From contig JAODBJ010000213.1 in the NCBI GenBank assembly GCA_025463905.1, positions 1 through 54,439 on the forward strand: a stretch of DNA of 54,439 bases, in the 5' to 3' direction. Each line of letters starts with the position of its first letter. The stretch's first letter is position 1. Origin of the DNA: Actinomycetes bacterium. Its GTDB lineage: Bacteria > Actinomycetota > Acidimicrobiia > IMCC26256 > PALSA-610. The notes beneath the pieces were generated by a model, which was not told the DNA's origin, made no database searches, and saw only the letters and a list, made by a program, of their open reading frames with translations. The position numbers and the translations under genes are program-made. Of the stretch, positions 12,194 to 22,546 are shown one piece after another.

Positions 12194-13834
12194 TCAGCCT
12201 GCGGGCGCGAGCAACACACCGTCAGCCACCCGGGCCACGACGCGAAGCCCGTGATGGTGTTCGAGTTCGTCGGCCTTGGGGAGCCACGGGCGACCCTTGA
12301 CTTCGTCGAACATCGCGAACACCCCGTGGTGGGCACGCACCTTCGCGATCAGGTCGCTCAACCGCTGCGGGTAGTCGGACTCGGGCTGCAACGACGTCGA
12401 CGAGTACTTGCTGGGCAAGCCCCGCGCCTCGCGGCCCGTCTGGAGATACACGGCTTCGGGCGCGTTCGTGACGACCCACGTGGGTTTCACCAGCCCATCG
12501 ATTTGGCGCATGACGGGCGATCGGCGCCAATGCGACGTCGCGTACCCGAGGCGGGAGTCCTGGTTGCCGGTCGCCGTCGTGACGGCGCGCACGCCGACCA
12601 GCACAACCGCGACCGCGCAGACCGCGAACACCGGTCGGAGCACATCGACGTTGTGCTCGCTCCGCGTGAACCACACCGCAAGGCCGCCAACGAGCGCCGG
12701 AATGAGCGCGGCGTACGCGGGCGACAAGATGCGCGCGTCGAGCGGCGTCGCCGCGTCGAACAACGAGGTGGACACGAGGATCGTGACCACGTAGACGGCA
12801 ACGAACACGGCCGGTATCGCGATCGCCGCACCGGCGTGCTCGACCGCCGCCCGCGCGGCCGGAAGGCCACGACGCGCGGCGTAGGAAATCGCGGCCGAAA
12901 TCGCGATTCCCACCAGCACCAGGCCGAACAGCCAGCGTTCGTGCACTTGGCGCGGCAGCAACCACGACCCGACCGTGTCGAACCCCTTGCTGAGCTGCGA
13001 CCAACCGACGGGGTGCCACGCAAGATTGCGCGCCGTACCCGTCCCCGTGCCCGAATGCGAAGCGCCGCGGTTCGCGGCCACGGCCACGACGGCGGGCACG
13101 AGGCATGCGCCGCCCCACAACGTGGCGCGACGCAACCGGTCCCCTAGGGGCGCGGCGGTATACGCGGCAACCACGATCGCTCCGGTGACGACCATCGCGA
13201 TGCCGGCCCAACGCACGATCGGCCCGAGTGCCGCGCACACACCGGCTGCGACGAGGAGCGATCTTCGGTGGGATCGCGCCCACGCCACGAGCAACGCCAA
13301 CGCACCCAACTGAAGCGCGATGGCGAGTGGCTCCGAGTACACCGTCGAGAACACTTCGTCGAGGCCGGGCGCCGCCGCGATCAGGAAGAACGCGACGCCG
13401 GCGAAGGCCATCGAGCCGGACGCCTGCAGCACGAGCAGCGCCACCAGCGCAGCCGCGACGCCGAGCAACGCGCCTTGCAACACGTGCGCGAACCCAACGA
13501 CTGGAAAACCGATCGTGTGGCCGGCGGCGAGCACCAGCGGATAGCCGGGCGGGAAGTCGGTCATGCGGGCACCCGGTACGCGGAACGGGTACGTGACCCC
13601 GTGCCCGCTGGCGATGTTGCGCGCAACGCCGACGTACGCGACCGAGTCGGCGTCGAATCCGATGTGGGGGTACAGGACGAGGAACGCGACGGCGGCCAGC
13701 GCGGCGGCCGCGCCGAGGAGGATCGCGATGTTGCGCGGTGTGGTGCGCGGCCCAGCGATACGCGACGCGACGCCAGCGCTGACAAATGTCGCCGTCGATG
13801 CCCGGCCCGACGACACACCGGCCGCGGCCACCAT
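12194..13834 (-). CDS. Multi-pass membrane protein, GT-C (PMT/ArnT-like) glycosyltransferase (start uncertain)
   Basis: DADSVAY after TM1, FPPGYP, SEP motif, about 11-13 hydrophobic segments. Confidence 0.65.
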   Translation of the reverse strand: MVAAAGVSSGRASTATFVSAGVASRIAGPRTTPRNIAILLGAAAALAAVAFLVLYPHIGFDADSVAYVGVARNIASGHGVTYPFRVPGARMTDFPPGYPLVLAAGHTIGFPVVGFAHVLQGALLGVAAALVALLVLQASGSMAFAGVAFFLIAAAPGLDEVFSTVYSEPLAIALQLGALALLVAWARSHRRSLLVAAGVCAALGPIVRWAGIAMVVTGAIVVAAYTAAPLGDRLRRATLWGGACLVPAVVAVAANRGASHSGTGTGTARNLAWHPVGWSQLSKGFDTVGSWLLPRQVHERWLFGLVLVGIAISAAISYAARRGLPAARAAVEHAGAAIAIPAVFVAVYVVTILVSTSLFDAATPLDARILSPAYAALIPALVGGLAVWFTRSEHNVDVLRPVFAVCAVAVVLVGVRAVTTATGNQDSRLGYATSHWRRSPVMRQIDGLVKPTWVVTNAPEAVYLQTGREARGLPSKYSSTSLQPESDYPQRLSDLIAKVRAHHGVFAMFDEVKGRPWLPKADELEHHHGLRVVARVADGVLLAPAG

Positions 13835-13901
13835 CTTCCCCACCGGACGGCCCTTCCTGTCGAGCGCGGTCTGTCCGTCGCACGGTACCGGCGTCATTCG
13901 T

Positions 13902-13954
13902 GCGTCGACACCGCCTGGACGGAAAACGGACTGATCGTCAGGTGGTGTTCACGC
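13902..13954. repeat. Long imperfect palindrome overlapping the PGI/PMI stop
   Basis: GCGTCGACACCGCCTGGACG-N14-CGTCAGGTGGTGTTCACGC. Confidence 0.5.
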
Positions 13955-14992
13955 GTCGGCGAGTCGCCGCTTCAGTTCGAAGATTGCGTCGATCGGACCG
14001 GGATCGACATCGTTGTCGAACGCGAGATAGCAGCTCACGAAATCACCGAGATACATGAGGTCGAGCAACTGCGCGAGCCGGCTCTCACCTTCGGCTTCGA
14101 CGCTGATGATCTGGTGCACGGCTTCGTCGATCACATCACGTGTCGCGCCGAAACGCGGCGAAAGGCGCGGGTGCTCGAACCCGTGGCGTAACTCGATCAA
14201 CGTGATGAGCTGCCGGGTCACGTCGCCGTGCTGACCCCAAGCACAAATCTCGTTGTGGCCGAGTTCGGGATGGGCGTGGGAGAACGCCGGCGCCTTCGCG
14301 TTCTCGTTGATGTCGCACTTCCACCGGTAGGCAGCGACCGCGCCGAGCGCGCCACCGCCGTACACCAACGGAATGGTCCGACCGATGCGGCGCGCGATCT
14401 CGCGTGCCGGGTTCGCGGCCCCTTCCACGTCGGGCCGGCATTTGTCCCGACGACGCGCGAGTTGGAGTTGCGCCATCTCGAGTTGCGCGTGCGCGCCGAT
14501 CGCGAGGCCGGAACGGAACGCCGACACGAACAGCGGCGCGATGAGCGCGCCGAGCGCCGCTCGGGGCAGGTAGCCGGGTGGGCACGGTACGTGGAGCCCG
14601 CCCTTCTCCTCGGCCAGCGTTTTCAGCGCGCCTCCGACCGATATGCATACGAGCCGGGCACCGCAGTCGGCCGCCATGCGGGCCATCGACACGGTTTCCT
14701 CGGTGTCGCCGGAGTACGACACCGCGAAGACGAGTGTGCGCGGCCCGACGAACGCCGGCATGCGGTACTGCTTGAGGACCGTGACGGGCACCGGCAGTTC
14801 GTCGTTCAGCACCGTCGCGAACACGTCGCCCGAGATCCCGGAACCGCCCATGCCGCACACGACGATGTTGTCGATGTGGGCGGCCGGCGCGAAGTGCGCG
14901 ATGTCGATCCGGCCCGCCGCCTCGTGCGCCGCCGCGAGCTGCTCGGGCAGCCCGCATACCGCCTCGAGGAAGTTCAGCGAGTCGACGGCCAC
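13949..14992 (-). CDS. Bifunctional phosphoglucose/phosphomannose isomerase (SIS domain)
   Basis: GMGGSG, SYSGDTEET, RWKCDINENAK, PELGHNE. Confidence 0.9.
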   Translation of the reverse strand: MAVDSLNFLEAVCGLPEQLAAAHEAAGRIDIAHFAPAAHIDNIVVCGMGGSGISGDVFATVLNDELPVPVTVLKQYRMPAFVGPRTLVFAVSYSGDTEETVSMARMAADCGARLVCISVGGALKTLAEEKGGLHVPCPPGYLPRAALGALIAPLFVSAFRSGLAIGAHAQLEMAQLQLARRRDKCRPDVEGAANPAREIARRIGRTIPLVYGGGALGAVAAYRWKCDINENAKAPAFSHAHPELGHNEICAWGQHGDVTRQLITLIELRHGFEHPRLSPRFGATRDVIDEAVHQIISVEAEGESRLAQLLDLMYLGDFVSCYLAFDNDVDPGPIDAIFELKRRLADA

Positions 14993-14996
14993 ACGT

Positions 14997-15233
14997 TCAC
15001 GCTTCGAACGTGGGCTTGATGTTGTCGCGCTGGGCCTTCTCAGTGAGGCGCTGGTGCTCTGCTTCGTCGACGTTCTCGGCTTCGTCGATCAGCATGATCG
15101 GGATGTCGTCTTGTACCCGGTACCGGCGTTTCAGCCGCGGGTTATAGAGCGTGGACTCGTCCTCGAAGTAGAGCAACGGGCCCTTGTCCTCGGGACAGGC
15201 GAGGATCTCGAGCAGCTTGGTGTCGAGTGCCAT
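14997..15233 (-). CDS. Trm112 family protein
   Basis: LLEILACPEDKGPL...Y.V.DDIPIMLIDEA; GGAGG SD. Confidence 0.92.
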   Translation of the reverse strand: MALDTKLLEILACPEDKGPLLYFEDESTLYNPRLKRRYRVQDDIPIMLIDEAENVDEAEHQRLTEKAQRDNIKPTFEA

Positions 15234-15294
15234 CAGTTACCTCCGGTCGGCGTTCTCGTGTTTGTAGCGCAGAAAAAGCCGCCGGAGCGAGCCG

Positions 15295-16632
15295 TTACGT
15301 GCCCCGAACGAGTGCGAGAACTTCCTGGGTGTGCGCGTCGCAACTGGCCCGGTCGGCCGCTTCGAGGTTCAACCGCAACAACGGCTCGGTGTTGCTCGGA
15401 CGCAGGTTGAACCACCAATCACCACAATCGACGGTGAGACCGTCGAGGCGATCCTGCTCACATTGGTCGTAGATCGCGGCAACCCGTTCGATCACCGCGT
15501 CCTGGTCGTCGACCTGCGTGTTGATTTCGCCACTCTGCGCGTAGCGCTCGAACGGCTTGCGAAGCTCCGACAGTGACACGCCGGCCTTGCTCAACTGTTC
15601 GAGCACCATGACGGCGGCGATCGACCCGGAGTCGGCGCGCCAGTTGTCGCGGAAGTAGTAGTGCGCGGAGTGCTCGCCGCCGAAGATGGCGCCGGTCTCC
15701 GCCATCACCTGCTTGATGAACGAGTGGCCGACCCGGCTGCGCACCGGCACACCACCGTTCTCGAGGATGACTTCCCGCACCGCCTTCGAGCAGATCACGT
15801 TGTAGACGACCGGTTCGCCGGGGTGGGTCTCCAAGATGCCCTTGGCCACCATCGCCGTCGTGGTGGAACCCGACACTGGTTGGCCCTGGTCGTCGACGAG
15901 GAACACGCGATCCGCGTCGCCGTCGAACGCGAGGCCGACGTCGGCGCCCGAGTCGAGCACCGCGCGCTGGAGGTCTTTGAGGTTCTCCACCTGGATCGGG
16001 TCGGCCGGATGGTTCGGGAACGTGCCGTCGAGCTCGCCGAACAAGATGGTGAGATCGACCGGGAGGCCTTCCATGACCTTCGGCACGACAAGGCCGCCCA
16101 TGCCGTTCGCAGTGTCGGCGACCACCTTCATGGGGACCAACGCGTTGACGTCGATGAACGAGCGGACGTGCGCACCGAACGCTTCGAGCAGGTCGGCGTG
16201 GTCGACGTTGCCGGGGTCCTCGTCGCGAACGATCACCCCTGACTCGACGGTGGCCTTGATCTGAGCCAACCCGGTCTGTTCGCCGATCGGCGCGGCGCCG
16301 GCGCGGCACATCTTGATCCCGTTGTACTGCGCCGGGTTGTGGCTCGCAGTGAACATCACGGCCGGCGCGTCGAGGTGGCCCGACGCGAAGTACACGAGGT
16401 CGGTGGAGCAGAGGCCCAGCAGCGTGACGTCGGCCCCCGCGAGGGTGGCGCCGTCGGTGAATGCGGCCGCGAGCGGTTCCGACGACGGCCGCATATCGCG
16501 CCCGACGAGCACGCGGTGGGCGCCGGTGAAGCGCACGAACGCGTTGCCGATCTTGCGCGCGAGCGCTTCGTCGAGTTCGGTCGGATAGACGCCGCGAATG
16601 TCGTAAGCCTTGAAGATGGCGTCGAGCGACAC
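15295..16632 (-). CDS. manB: Phosphomannomutase/phosphoglucomutase
   Basis: FKAYDIRG, TASHNP, DGDADR, GEHSAH, RPSNTEP. Confidence 0.93.
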   Translation of the reverse strand: MSLDAIFKAYDIRGVYPTELDEALARKIGNAFVRFTGAHRVLVGRDMRPSSEPLAAAFTDGATLAGADVTLLGLCSTDLVYFASGHLDAPAVMFTASHNPAQYNGIKMCRAGAAPIGEQTGLAQIKATVESGVIVRDEDPGNVDHADLLEAFGAHVRSFIDVNALVPMKVVADTANGMGGLVVPKVMEGLPVDLTILFGELDGTFPNHPADPIQVENLKDLQRAVLDSGADVGLAFDGDADRVFLVDDQGQPVSGSTTTAMVAKGILETHPGEPVVYNVICSKAVREVILENGGVPVRSRVGHSFIKQVMAETGAIFGGEHSAHYYFRDNWRADSGSIAAVMVLEQLSKAGVSLSELRKPFERYAQSGEINTQVDDQDAVIERVAAIYDQCEQDRLDGLTVDCGDWWFNLRPSNTEPLLRLNLEAADRASCDAHTQEVLALVRGT

Positions 16633-16662
16633 CGTGAAGCCTTTCGGAGAGGAACCCCGCCC

Positions 16663-19335
16663 CTAGGGAACGGATGATGGTAGCGCCGAAGGCCCCTCGG
16701 TCCCTTCTGAGGCGTGCGGGTCCCAGGCACCGGGCGGCGGGGGCGGCGCAGACCCGGACGCGACGTCCTCCCGGGGCTTGCCGGCCCACCACGACGGCGA
16801 CGGCCGCACCCAAACGAGCAACGCCAAGCCGGCGAAGCCGAGCAGGGTGCCGATGCGCCCGAGCCAGTCGACGCCGGTGAGGCCGTAATTGAGGGTGACG
16901 TCGTTGCTGGTCGGAACGACGACCATTTCGTTCGGCGCGAGCCGGTAGGGCCCGTCGGCCCCCTTCACCGTCCAGTTCGGGAAGTACGACATTTTCACCA
17001 CGACGGGCACGCCGGTGCGCGACACGTGAAAGCTGATCTTGTCGACGTCGGTCTTCGTGTTCGTCACGGTCACGGGCGGCAGCCGGACGGCGTCGGTGGC
17101 CGCGCTCGCGAGTTGCTTACGGTCGACCCGGCGCCAGTTCTTCGGGCCACTCTGCGCGTACGGGATGTCGAGGAGATTGGCATTCATCCACCACGGCGCG
17201 GTCGCACATTCCCAGGCTCCGAGCTTCGGGTCGTGCTGTGGCGGTTGCGGCTTCGCCGAACCGAAGCACGACGACGTAGTGCCTGCGTGCACCTTCGCCA
17301 CGAGCGGCTGGCGAGCAAGACCTTCCACGAGCGGTGAGTTCGCCACCTCGTAGATCTTCCAACTCGTCGGCGGCACACCGTCCTTGTCGCCGACGCTCGC
17401 GACGAGCTTCAACTCGGGGTCGGCGTCGGCGCGCGACTGCGCGTCGGTCGACTGGGCCATGAAGTAACGCACGCCGAGCATCTGCATGTGCTTCACGCCG
17501 AGGTTGAAGTCGGAGATCGACCCGTAGTTGAGGCCGCGCACGGGGTTCGATGCCTTCCCCGTCGCCGTGAGCTCGCTGACGGTGAGGAAGTGGTAGTCGG
17601 TGGTGGCCGACGACTCGAAGTAGAGACCTTCCATCGAGTCGATGCGGCCATGCGTGAAGTACGGCAGCAGCTCGAGCGCGAGGGTCGTGCCGTACTTATC
17701 GATGTCGTTCGACGGCTCCCAGAGCGCGCGGCCGGGCGGCAGATCGTTCATCGTCTGGATGAGCTGGTGAAACTCGGGCCACGCGGGCTTCGACTCGTAA
17801 CCCTCGTAGTTCCACTTCGACCAGAACGGGAGGTAGTTGCGCGCCGCGTACGCGCCGCCGACGGCCCACACCGCGCCGATGCACACGATGACCGCGCATG
17901 CGAGCGCGCCGATCAAACCTCGACGCCGTTCGACTTCGGCACCGGATGTGAGCCGTTCCGGCGGCTCCCACTCCGGTGGCGGACCGTCGGGGTACGGCTC
18001 CGCGACACCGGACTGGGCCCACGCTTCGTCGTGCGCGTCGGCGAGGTCGCCTTCATGCACCCAGTCGGCGGCGCGCATCGCGAGGAGTCGGACCAGGCCG
18101 GCGATCTCGGCCGCGCCCGCGCCGGCCAGCAACGACATCGACAGGAAGTAGAGCGGGAGGTACCGCGTGTTCCACACGTGCTGATCGTCGGGCCACTGCA
18201 CGAACATCACTGCGAAGACCGCCGCGAGCAGCACGAGAACGAGGGTCGAGGCGCGGCGGAACAGGATCGCGCCGATCCCTGCGATCGCGACGAGCACCAA
18301 CATCCACGGCGGCACCCACAACGTCAGCGTTTTTCCGTCAGTCCAAGTGAGCCCGCGCACCAAACCTTGGATGAGGTGCTCGGCCGGCCCCGGCAGCAGC
18401 GTCCGCACGAACCCCGGCAACCGGTACGTGCCGCTCGAGACGACCTTCTCGTAGCGCATGCTTTGCGTATACGGCTGGCGCAACAGCAGTGGGACGGCCC
18501 AGACCGCGCTGATGAGGCCGCCCACTGCGAGGATCGGCGCGCCCAACGTCCACGTGCGCCCGGGCCGGCGGGTCACCCAGATCGCGACGGCACCCACGAG
18601 CGCGAAGGTGACCACCACGATGTGGCTCAATGCCGTGAGTGCGATCAACAGCGCGGGTAACCAAGCTCGCTTTCCGGTGTCGAGCGTGCGCGCGAACGCG
18701 GCGAAGAAGAACAGCGCGAGTGCGATCGAGAGCGTGTACGAGAATTCACCGGCGAGGTTGCTGGCGAGATTCCCGCCATATATCTGCCAACTCTCGCGGG
18801 TGTTGAACAGGAACACCGTGGCGGCGAGCGCGAACGCGGGCGGCATCGGCCACCGCGCGCGGATGCCGCGGGCGAACGTGTACGCGGCGATCGGCAACAA
18901 CAACGGCCCGAGCACCGTCACGACCTTGAACGCGACGTTGTACGGGATGAAGAAATCGAGGAAGGCGATCAGCAGCGCGGGCAGCGGGAAATAGAACTGC
19001 CCGACCGGAAATCCCGCGTACCAGTCGGGGGCCCACCCCGCGAGGCGTAGGCGCCCGAACCAGTGGTGTTCCATGAACCACGGCCACCAGACGTGCGCGC
19101 CCATGTCGCCGCCGTTGGTGGTGGTGTTCTGAAACAGCGCGCCGAAATGAGGGTGCCAGAGCGGCCAGATGCGGGCGTCAGCGTCGGAGACACCGAACAC
19201 CAGTACGACGCACACGACGACGACGGCGATACCCAGCCACCGTTCCCATGCGAATTCGGGCACGCGTTCTCGCGCGCGTTCCTCCGCGAGGCGCGGCTGA
19301 TCAGCAATATCGTCGAGGGGTACGGCCGCCACCAT
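16663..19335 (-). CDS. Large integral membrane protein, probable GT-C fold (PTPS-related/YfhO-like)
   Basis: GGDMGAH, W.PDWYAGFP...FYFPLP, many TM helices, C-terminal VVKMSYFPNW domain and final TM. Confidence 0.7.
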   Translation of the reverse strand: MVAAVPLDDIADQPRLAEERARERVPEFAWERWLGIAVVVVCVVLVFGVSDADARIWPLWHPHFGALFQNTTTNGGDMGAHVWWPWFMEHHWFGRLRLAGWAPDWYAGFPVGQFYFPLPALLIAFLDFFIPYNVAFKVVTVLGPLLLPIAAYTFARGIRARWPMPPAFALAATVFLFNTRESWQIYGGNLASNLAGEFSYTLSIALALFFFAAFARTLDTGKRAWLPALLIALTALSHIVVVTFALVGAVAIWVTRRPGRTWTLGAPILAVGGLISAVWAVPLLLRQPYTQSMRYEKVVSSGTYRLPGFVRTLLPGPAEHLIQGLVRGLTWTDGKTLTLWVPPWMLVLVAIAGIGAILFRRASTLVLVLLAAVFAVMFVQWPDDQHVWNTRYLPLYFLSMSLLAGAGAAEIAGLVRLLAMRAADWVHEGDLADAHDEAWAQSGVAEPYPDGPPPEWEPPERLTSGAEVERRRGLIGALACAVIVCIGAVWAVGGAYAARNYLPFWSKWNYEGYESKPAWPEFHQLIQTMNDLPPGRALWEPSNDIDKYGTTLALELLPYFTHGRIDSMEGLYFESSATTDYHFLTVSELTATGKASNPVRGLNYGSISDFNLGVKHMQMLGVRYFMAQSTDAQSRADADPELKLVASVGDKDGVPPTSWKIYEVANSPLVEGLARQPLVAKVHAGTTSSCFGSAKPQPPQHDPKLGAWECATAPWWMNANLLDIPYAQSGPKNWRRVDRKQLASAATDAVRLPPVTVTNTKTDVDKISFHVSRTGVPVVVKMSYFPNWTVKGADGPYRLAPNEMVVVPTSNDVTLNYGLTGVDWLGRIGTLLGFAGLALLVWVRPSPSWWAGKPREDVASGSAPPPPPGAWDPHASEGTEGPSALPSSVP

Positions 19336-19389
19336 GCAACAGCATGCCAGCCGCGCACCCCCCGCCGTGTAGCGCGCGTTCGCGAAGCG

Positions 19390-19560
19390 TTACCGCGCGG
19401 CGCGCGCCATGTCGAGGACCCGGTCGAGCGTCAAGACGCCTTCCTCGCCCTCCCAGATGTTCGACTCACACTTCGAACACCGACGGAACATCACGTCACG
19501 CCCACCAATCCGCATGCGGATTGTGATGAGCGGTGCTTTTGCACATCCTGTGCAAACCAT
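19390..19560 (-). CDS. 56-aa zinc-ribbon-like small protein
   Basis: Not in the ORF track. MVCTGCAKAPLITIRMRIGGRDVMFRRCSKCESNIWEGEEGVLTLDRVLDMARAAR*, two CxxC pairs, GGAGG 5 nt before ATG; fills the intergenic gap. Confidence 0.8.
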   Translation of the reverse strand: MVCTGCAKAPLITIRMRIGGRDVMFRRCSKCESNIWEGEEGVLTLDRVLDMARAAR

Positions 19561-19641
19561 CCCAGCCTCCCTGCCAGAATCGCCCGACTGGTTGTATCGG
19601 CGCTGACGCCCGATACCTGTAGCCGCCCCCGGCGGACCCTC

Positions 19642-20352
19642 TCAGCTCACCACGACCTGCAAGATCGCGAGGGCGTTGAAACCGGCGTGGAGAAAGATCG
19701 AGCGCGACAAGTCGCCCGAACGCACGGCCAGCACACCCGACACCATCCCGACCGCGGTGAGGCCGGGCAGCGCCACCACCGAACCGATCGAGGGGTCGAG
19801 CAACACGTGCACCAGCCCGAACGCGGTCGCCGAGATGGCGACGGCGGCCGGTGCCTGCACACGCCGGAGCAACGCGCGCAGCAAGAGACCCCGGAAAAGC
19901 AGTTCCTCCACGATCGGCGCGATCGCGCCGGCACCAATCGCGAGGACCACGAGCTTGGGACCCGACGAGTTGTTGAGCTGTTGCACGACGGCCTGCTCCT
20001 TGCCGCCGGCCAGGCTCGACAACGGCGCGAGGAACAGACCCAGCGCGCCGCCGAGCACGAGACCGCCACCGAGCATCCAAGCGTCGCTCAGGCGAATACG
20101 GAGCCCGAAATCCGCGGCGAGGGTGCCGAGGCCTTTGCGGTGCGAGATGAGCACCAGGACCAGCACGGTCGCGCCGTACTGGCCGATGAATGTGGCGGCG
20201 AGGAACGTGGCCGTCTCGGCGCTGATGTCGTGGCGGGAAAAGGGAACCGCCGCGAGGATCGCCCCGGCGAGTCCTCCGACGAAGGCCCACACTGCGTCCG
20301 GGATGCCCCAACGCACCGAAGACGTCACGGGCCCGCCCCGGCGCTCGCTCAC
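19642..20352 (-). CDS. CPBP (CAAX/Abi) intramembrane metalloprotease
   Basis: EELLFRG, FGLVH, HAGFN motifs. Confidence 0.9.
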   Translation of the reverse strand: MSERRGGPVTSSVRWGIPDAVWAFVGGLAGAILAAVPFSRHDISAETATFLAATFIGQYGATVLVLVLISHRKGLGTLAADFGLRIRLSDAWMLGGGLVLGGALGLFLAPLSSLAGGKEQAVVQQLNNSSGPKLVVLAIGAGAIAPIVEELLFRGLLLRALLRRVQAPAAVAISATAFGLVHVLLDPSIGSVVALPGLTAVGMVSGVLAVRSGDLSRSIFLHAGFNALAILQVVVS

Positions 20353-20483
20353 CGGAGCGAATCTAGGACGTATTTCGCGCGTTCCGGGGCCGGGAACGGG
20401 CAGGCGGCTTCAGGTGTTGTGCCCACGAACTGATGAAGCGCGTCGCGGGCCATACCATGTGGAGCCCGCCATTTGGAGTGTTT

Positions 20484-22529
20484 ATGAGCCCGAGCCCGGA
20501 AGACCAATGGCGGCCACCTGAGCCGCCCGGCCGAAACGCTCGGCCCACGCCGCCGCGTCCGTCGACGCCGCGGTCGCGCTGGCTGCCGTGGGTGATCCTC
20601 GCGGTCGTGTTGGTCGCCTTCCTCGTGTGGCGCACCGCGCCGAGCAGCACGACCAATCAGGCGAAACTCGACTACTCGCAGTTCCTCACCCAGGTCCGGC
20701 AAGGCAACGTCGCGCAGATCAAGTACGACGCGAGCAGCGGGAAAATCACCGGCGAGTTCAAGCCCGGCCATGCCGTCAACGGCAAGCAGACCTTCGACGC
20801 GGACGGGCCGCAGGGTGGCCTCCCCGACACCGACATCCAGCTCTTCTATTCGAAGGGCGTCGGCTTGAACTACAAGCCGGCTTCGTCGAATTGGCTCAGC
20901 GGTCTCCTCGTCTTCTTGCTCCCGATCGCGTTACTGATCCTGTTCTTCTTGTGGCTGAGTCGTCGCCAAGCCGGGCAGATGGGCGCGGTGATGAACATCG
21001 GCCGCTCGCGGGCGAAGGTCTACAACACCGAAAAACCGAAGACGACGTTCCAAGATGTCGCGGGGTACGGCCCGGTGAAAGAGGAGATCAAGGAAGTCGT
21101 CGACTTCCTGAAGCTCCCCGGCAAGTTCAAGGAGATCGGCGCGCGCATCCCGAAGGGTGTGCTGCTCGTCGGTCCTCCCGGCACCGGCAAGACGCTGATC
21201 GCTCGCGCCGTTGCGGGTGAAGCAGGCGTGCCGTTCGTGTCGGTCACCGGCTCCGACTTCATGGAGATGTTCGTCGGTGTCGGCGCCGCGCGCGTGCGCG
21301 ACCTGTTCCAGACCGCCCGGAAGCAAGCACCCGCGATCATCTTCGTCGACGAGATCGACTCCATCGGGCGGAAGCGCGGTGCGGGCCTCGGTGGCGGCCA
21401 CGACGAGCGCGAGCAGACGCTCAACCAGATGCTCGCCGAGATGGACGGTTTCGAAGCCACTGAGGGCATCGTGATGATGGCGGCGACGAACCGCCCCGAC
21501 GTCCTCGACCCGGCGTTGCTGCGTCCCGGTCGCTTCGACCGCCAGATCCTCGTGCCGCTTCCCACGCAAGACGAGCGCGTCGCGATTCTCAAAGTGCATA
21601 TGCGCGACAAGAAGATCGCGCCCGACGTCGACGTGCAGGTCGTCGCCAGGGGTACGCCCGGCATGAGCGGTGCCGACCTCTCGAACCTCGTCAACGAGGC
21701 GGCGCTGTTCGCGGTGCGTCGCGGCGCGCACGAGGTGCATGGGCTCGACTTCGAGGCCGCACGCGACCGCGTGCTCATGGGCCTGAAGCGCGAGTCGATG
21801 GCGCTCACCGAAGAGGAGAAGGAGATCGTCGCCTACCACGAAGGTGGGCACGCGGTGCTGGCGTACGTGCTCGAGCACGCCGACCCGCTCCACAAGGTCA
21901 CGATCCTCCCTACCGGCATGGCGCTCGGTGTCACGCAACAACTCCCGGTCGAGGAACGCCACATCTACAAGCGCGAGTACATCGCCGACTCTCTCGTCGT
22001 ACGGCTCGGTGGTCGTGTCGCCGAGGAGCTCGTGTTCGGGCATCAGTCCACCGGCGCTTCGAACGACCTCGTCGGCAACACCGAATTGGCGCGCCGGATG
22101 GTGCGCGAGTGGGGCATGTCGGATCGCATCGGTCCGATGGCCTGGGGTTCGCAAGGTGCGGTGTTCCTCGGCGAGGACCTCATGCACACGCGCGACTACT
22201 CCGACGAGACGGCTCGCGTGATCGACGAGGAAGTCGAACGCATCCTGCGCGACGAGGAAGAGCGAACCCGCAAGGTGCTCACCGAGCACCGCGCGGGTCT
22301 CGACGCGGTCGCGGCGGCACTGCTCGAGAAGGAAACGCTCGACGGCAGCGAAGTGACGGCGTTGGTCGACGGCGCGATGGGCCACAAGGCCGGCGGGCCG
22401 CGCAAGGTCATCCATGCCGATGGCACCGAGGAGTACGTGAACGACCCGCCCGAGCCGCACATCGTGGCCGGCGCCGAAGGTGGCGACGTCGACGTCGTCG
22501 GGCCGGTCCCCCGGCCATTCGGGTCGTAG
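20484..22529 (+). CDS. ftsH: ATP-dependent zinc metalloprotease FtsH
   Basis: Two TMs, [26 protein letters not shown] zinc motif; GGAG before ATG 20484. Confidence 0.95.
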   Translation: MSPSPEDQWRPPEPPGRNARPTPPRPSTPRSRWLPWVILAVVLVAFLVWRTAPSSTTNQAKLDYSQFLTQVRQGNVAQIKYDASSGKITGEFKPGHAVNGKQTFDADGPQGGLPDTDIQLFYSKGVGLNYKPASSNWLSGLLVFLLPIALLILFFLWLSRRQAGQMGAVMNIGRSRAKVYNTEKPKTTFQDVAGYGPVKEEIKEVVDFLKLPGKFKEIGARIPKGVLLVGPPGTGKTLIARAVAGEAGVPFVSVTGSDFMEMFVGVGAARVRDLFQTARKQAPAIIFVDEIDSIGRKRGAGLGGGHDEREQTLNQMLAEMDGFEATEGIVMMAATNRPDVLDPALLRPGRFDRQILVPLPTQDERVAILKVHMRDKKIAPDVDVQVVARGTPGMSGADLSNLVNEAALFAVRRGAHEVHGLDFEAARDRVLMGLKRESMALTEEEKEIVAYHEGGHAVLAYVLEHADPLHKVTILPTGMALGVTQQLPVEERHIYKREYIADSLVVRLGGRVAEELVFGHQSTGASNDLVGNTELARRMVREWGMSDRIGPMAWGSQGAVFLGEDLMHTRDYSDETARVIDEEVERILRDEEERTRKVLTEHRAGLDAVAAALLEKETLDGSEVTALVDGAMGHKAGGPRKVIHADGTEEYVNDPPEPHIVAGAEGGDVDVVGPVPRPFGS

Positions 22530-22546
22530 TCCTCAGAGAGTTTGAA

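Noticed and set aside
19642-20352. Abortive-infection defence gene (Abi-named CPBP family)
   Set aside because: The family name is historical; the motifs indicate an intramembrane protease in a housekeeping context.
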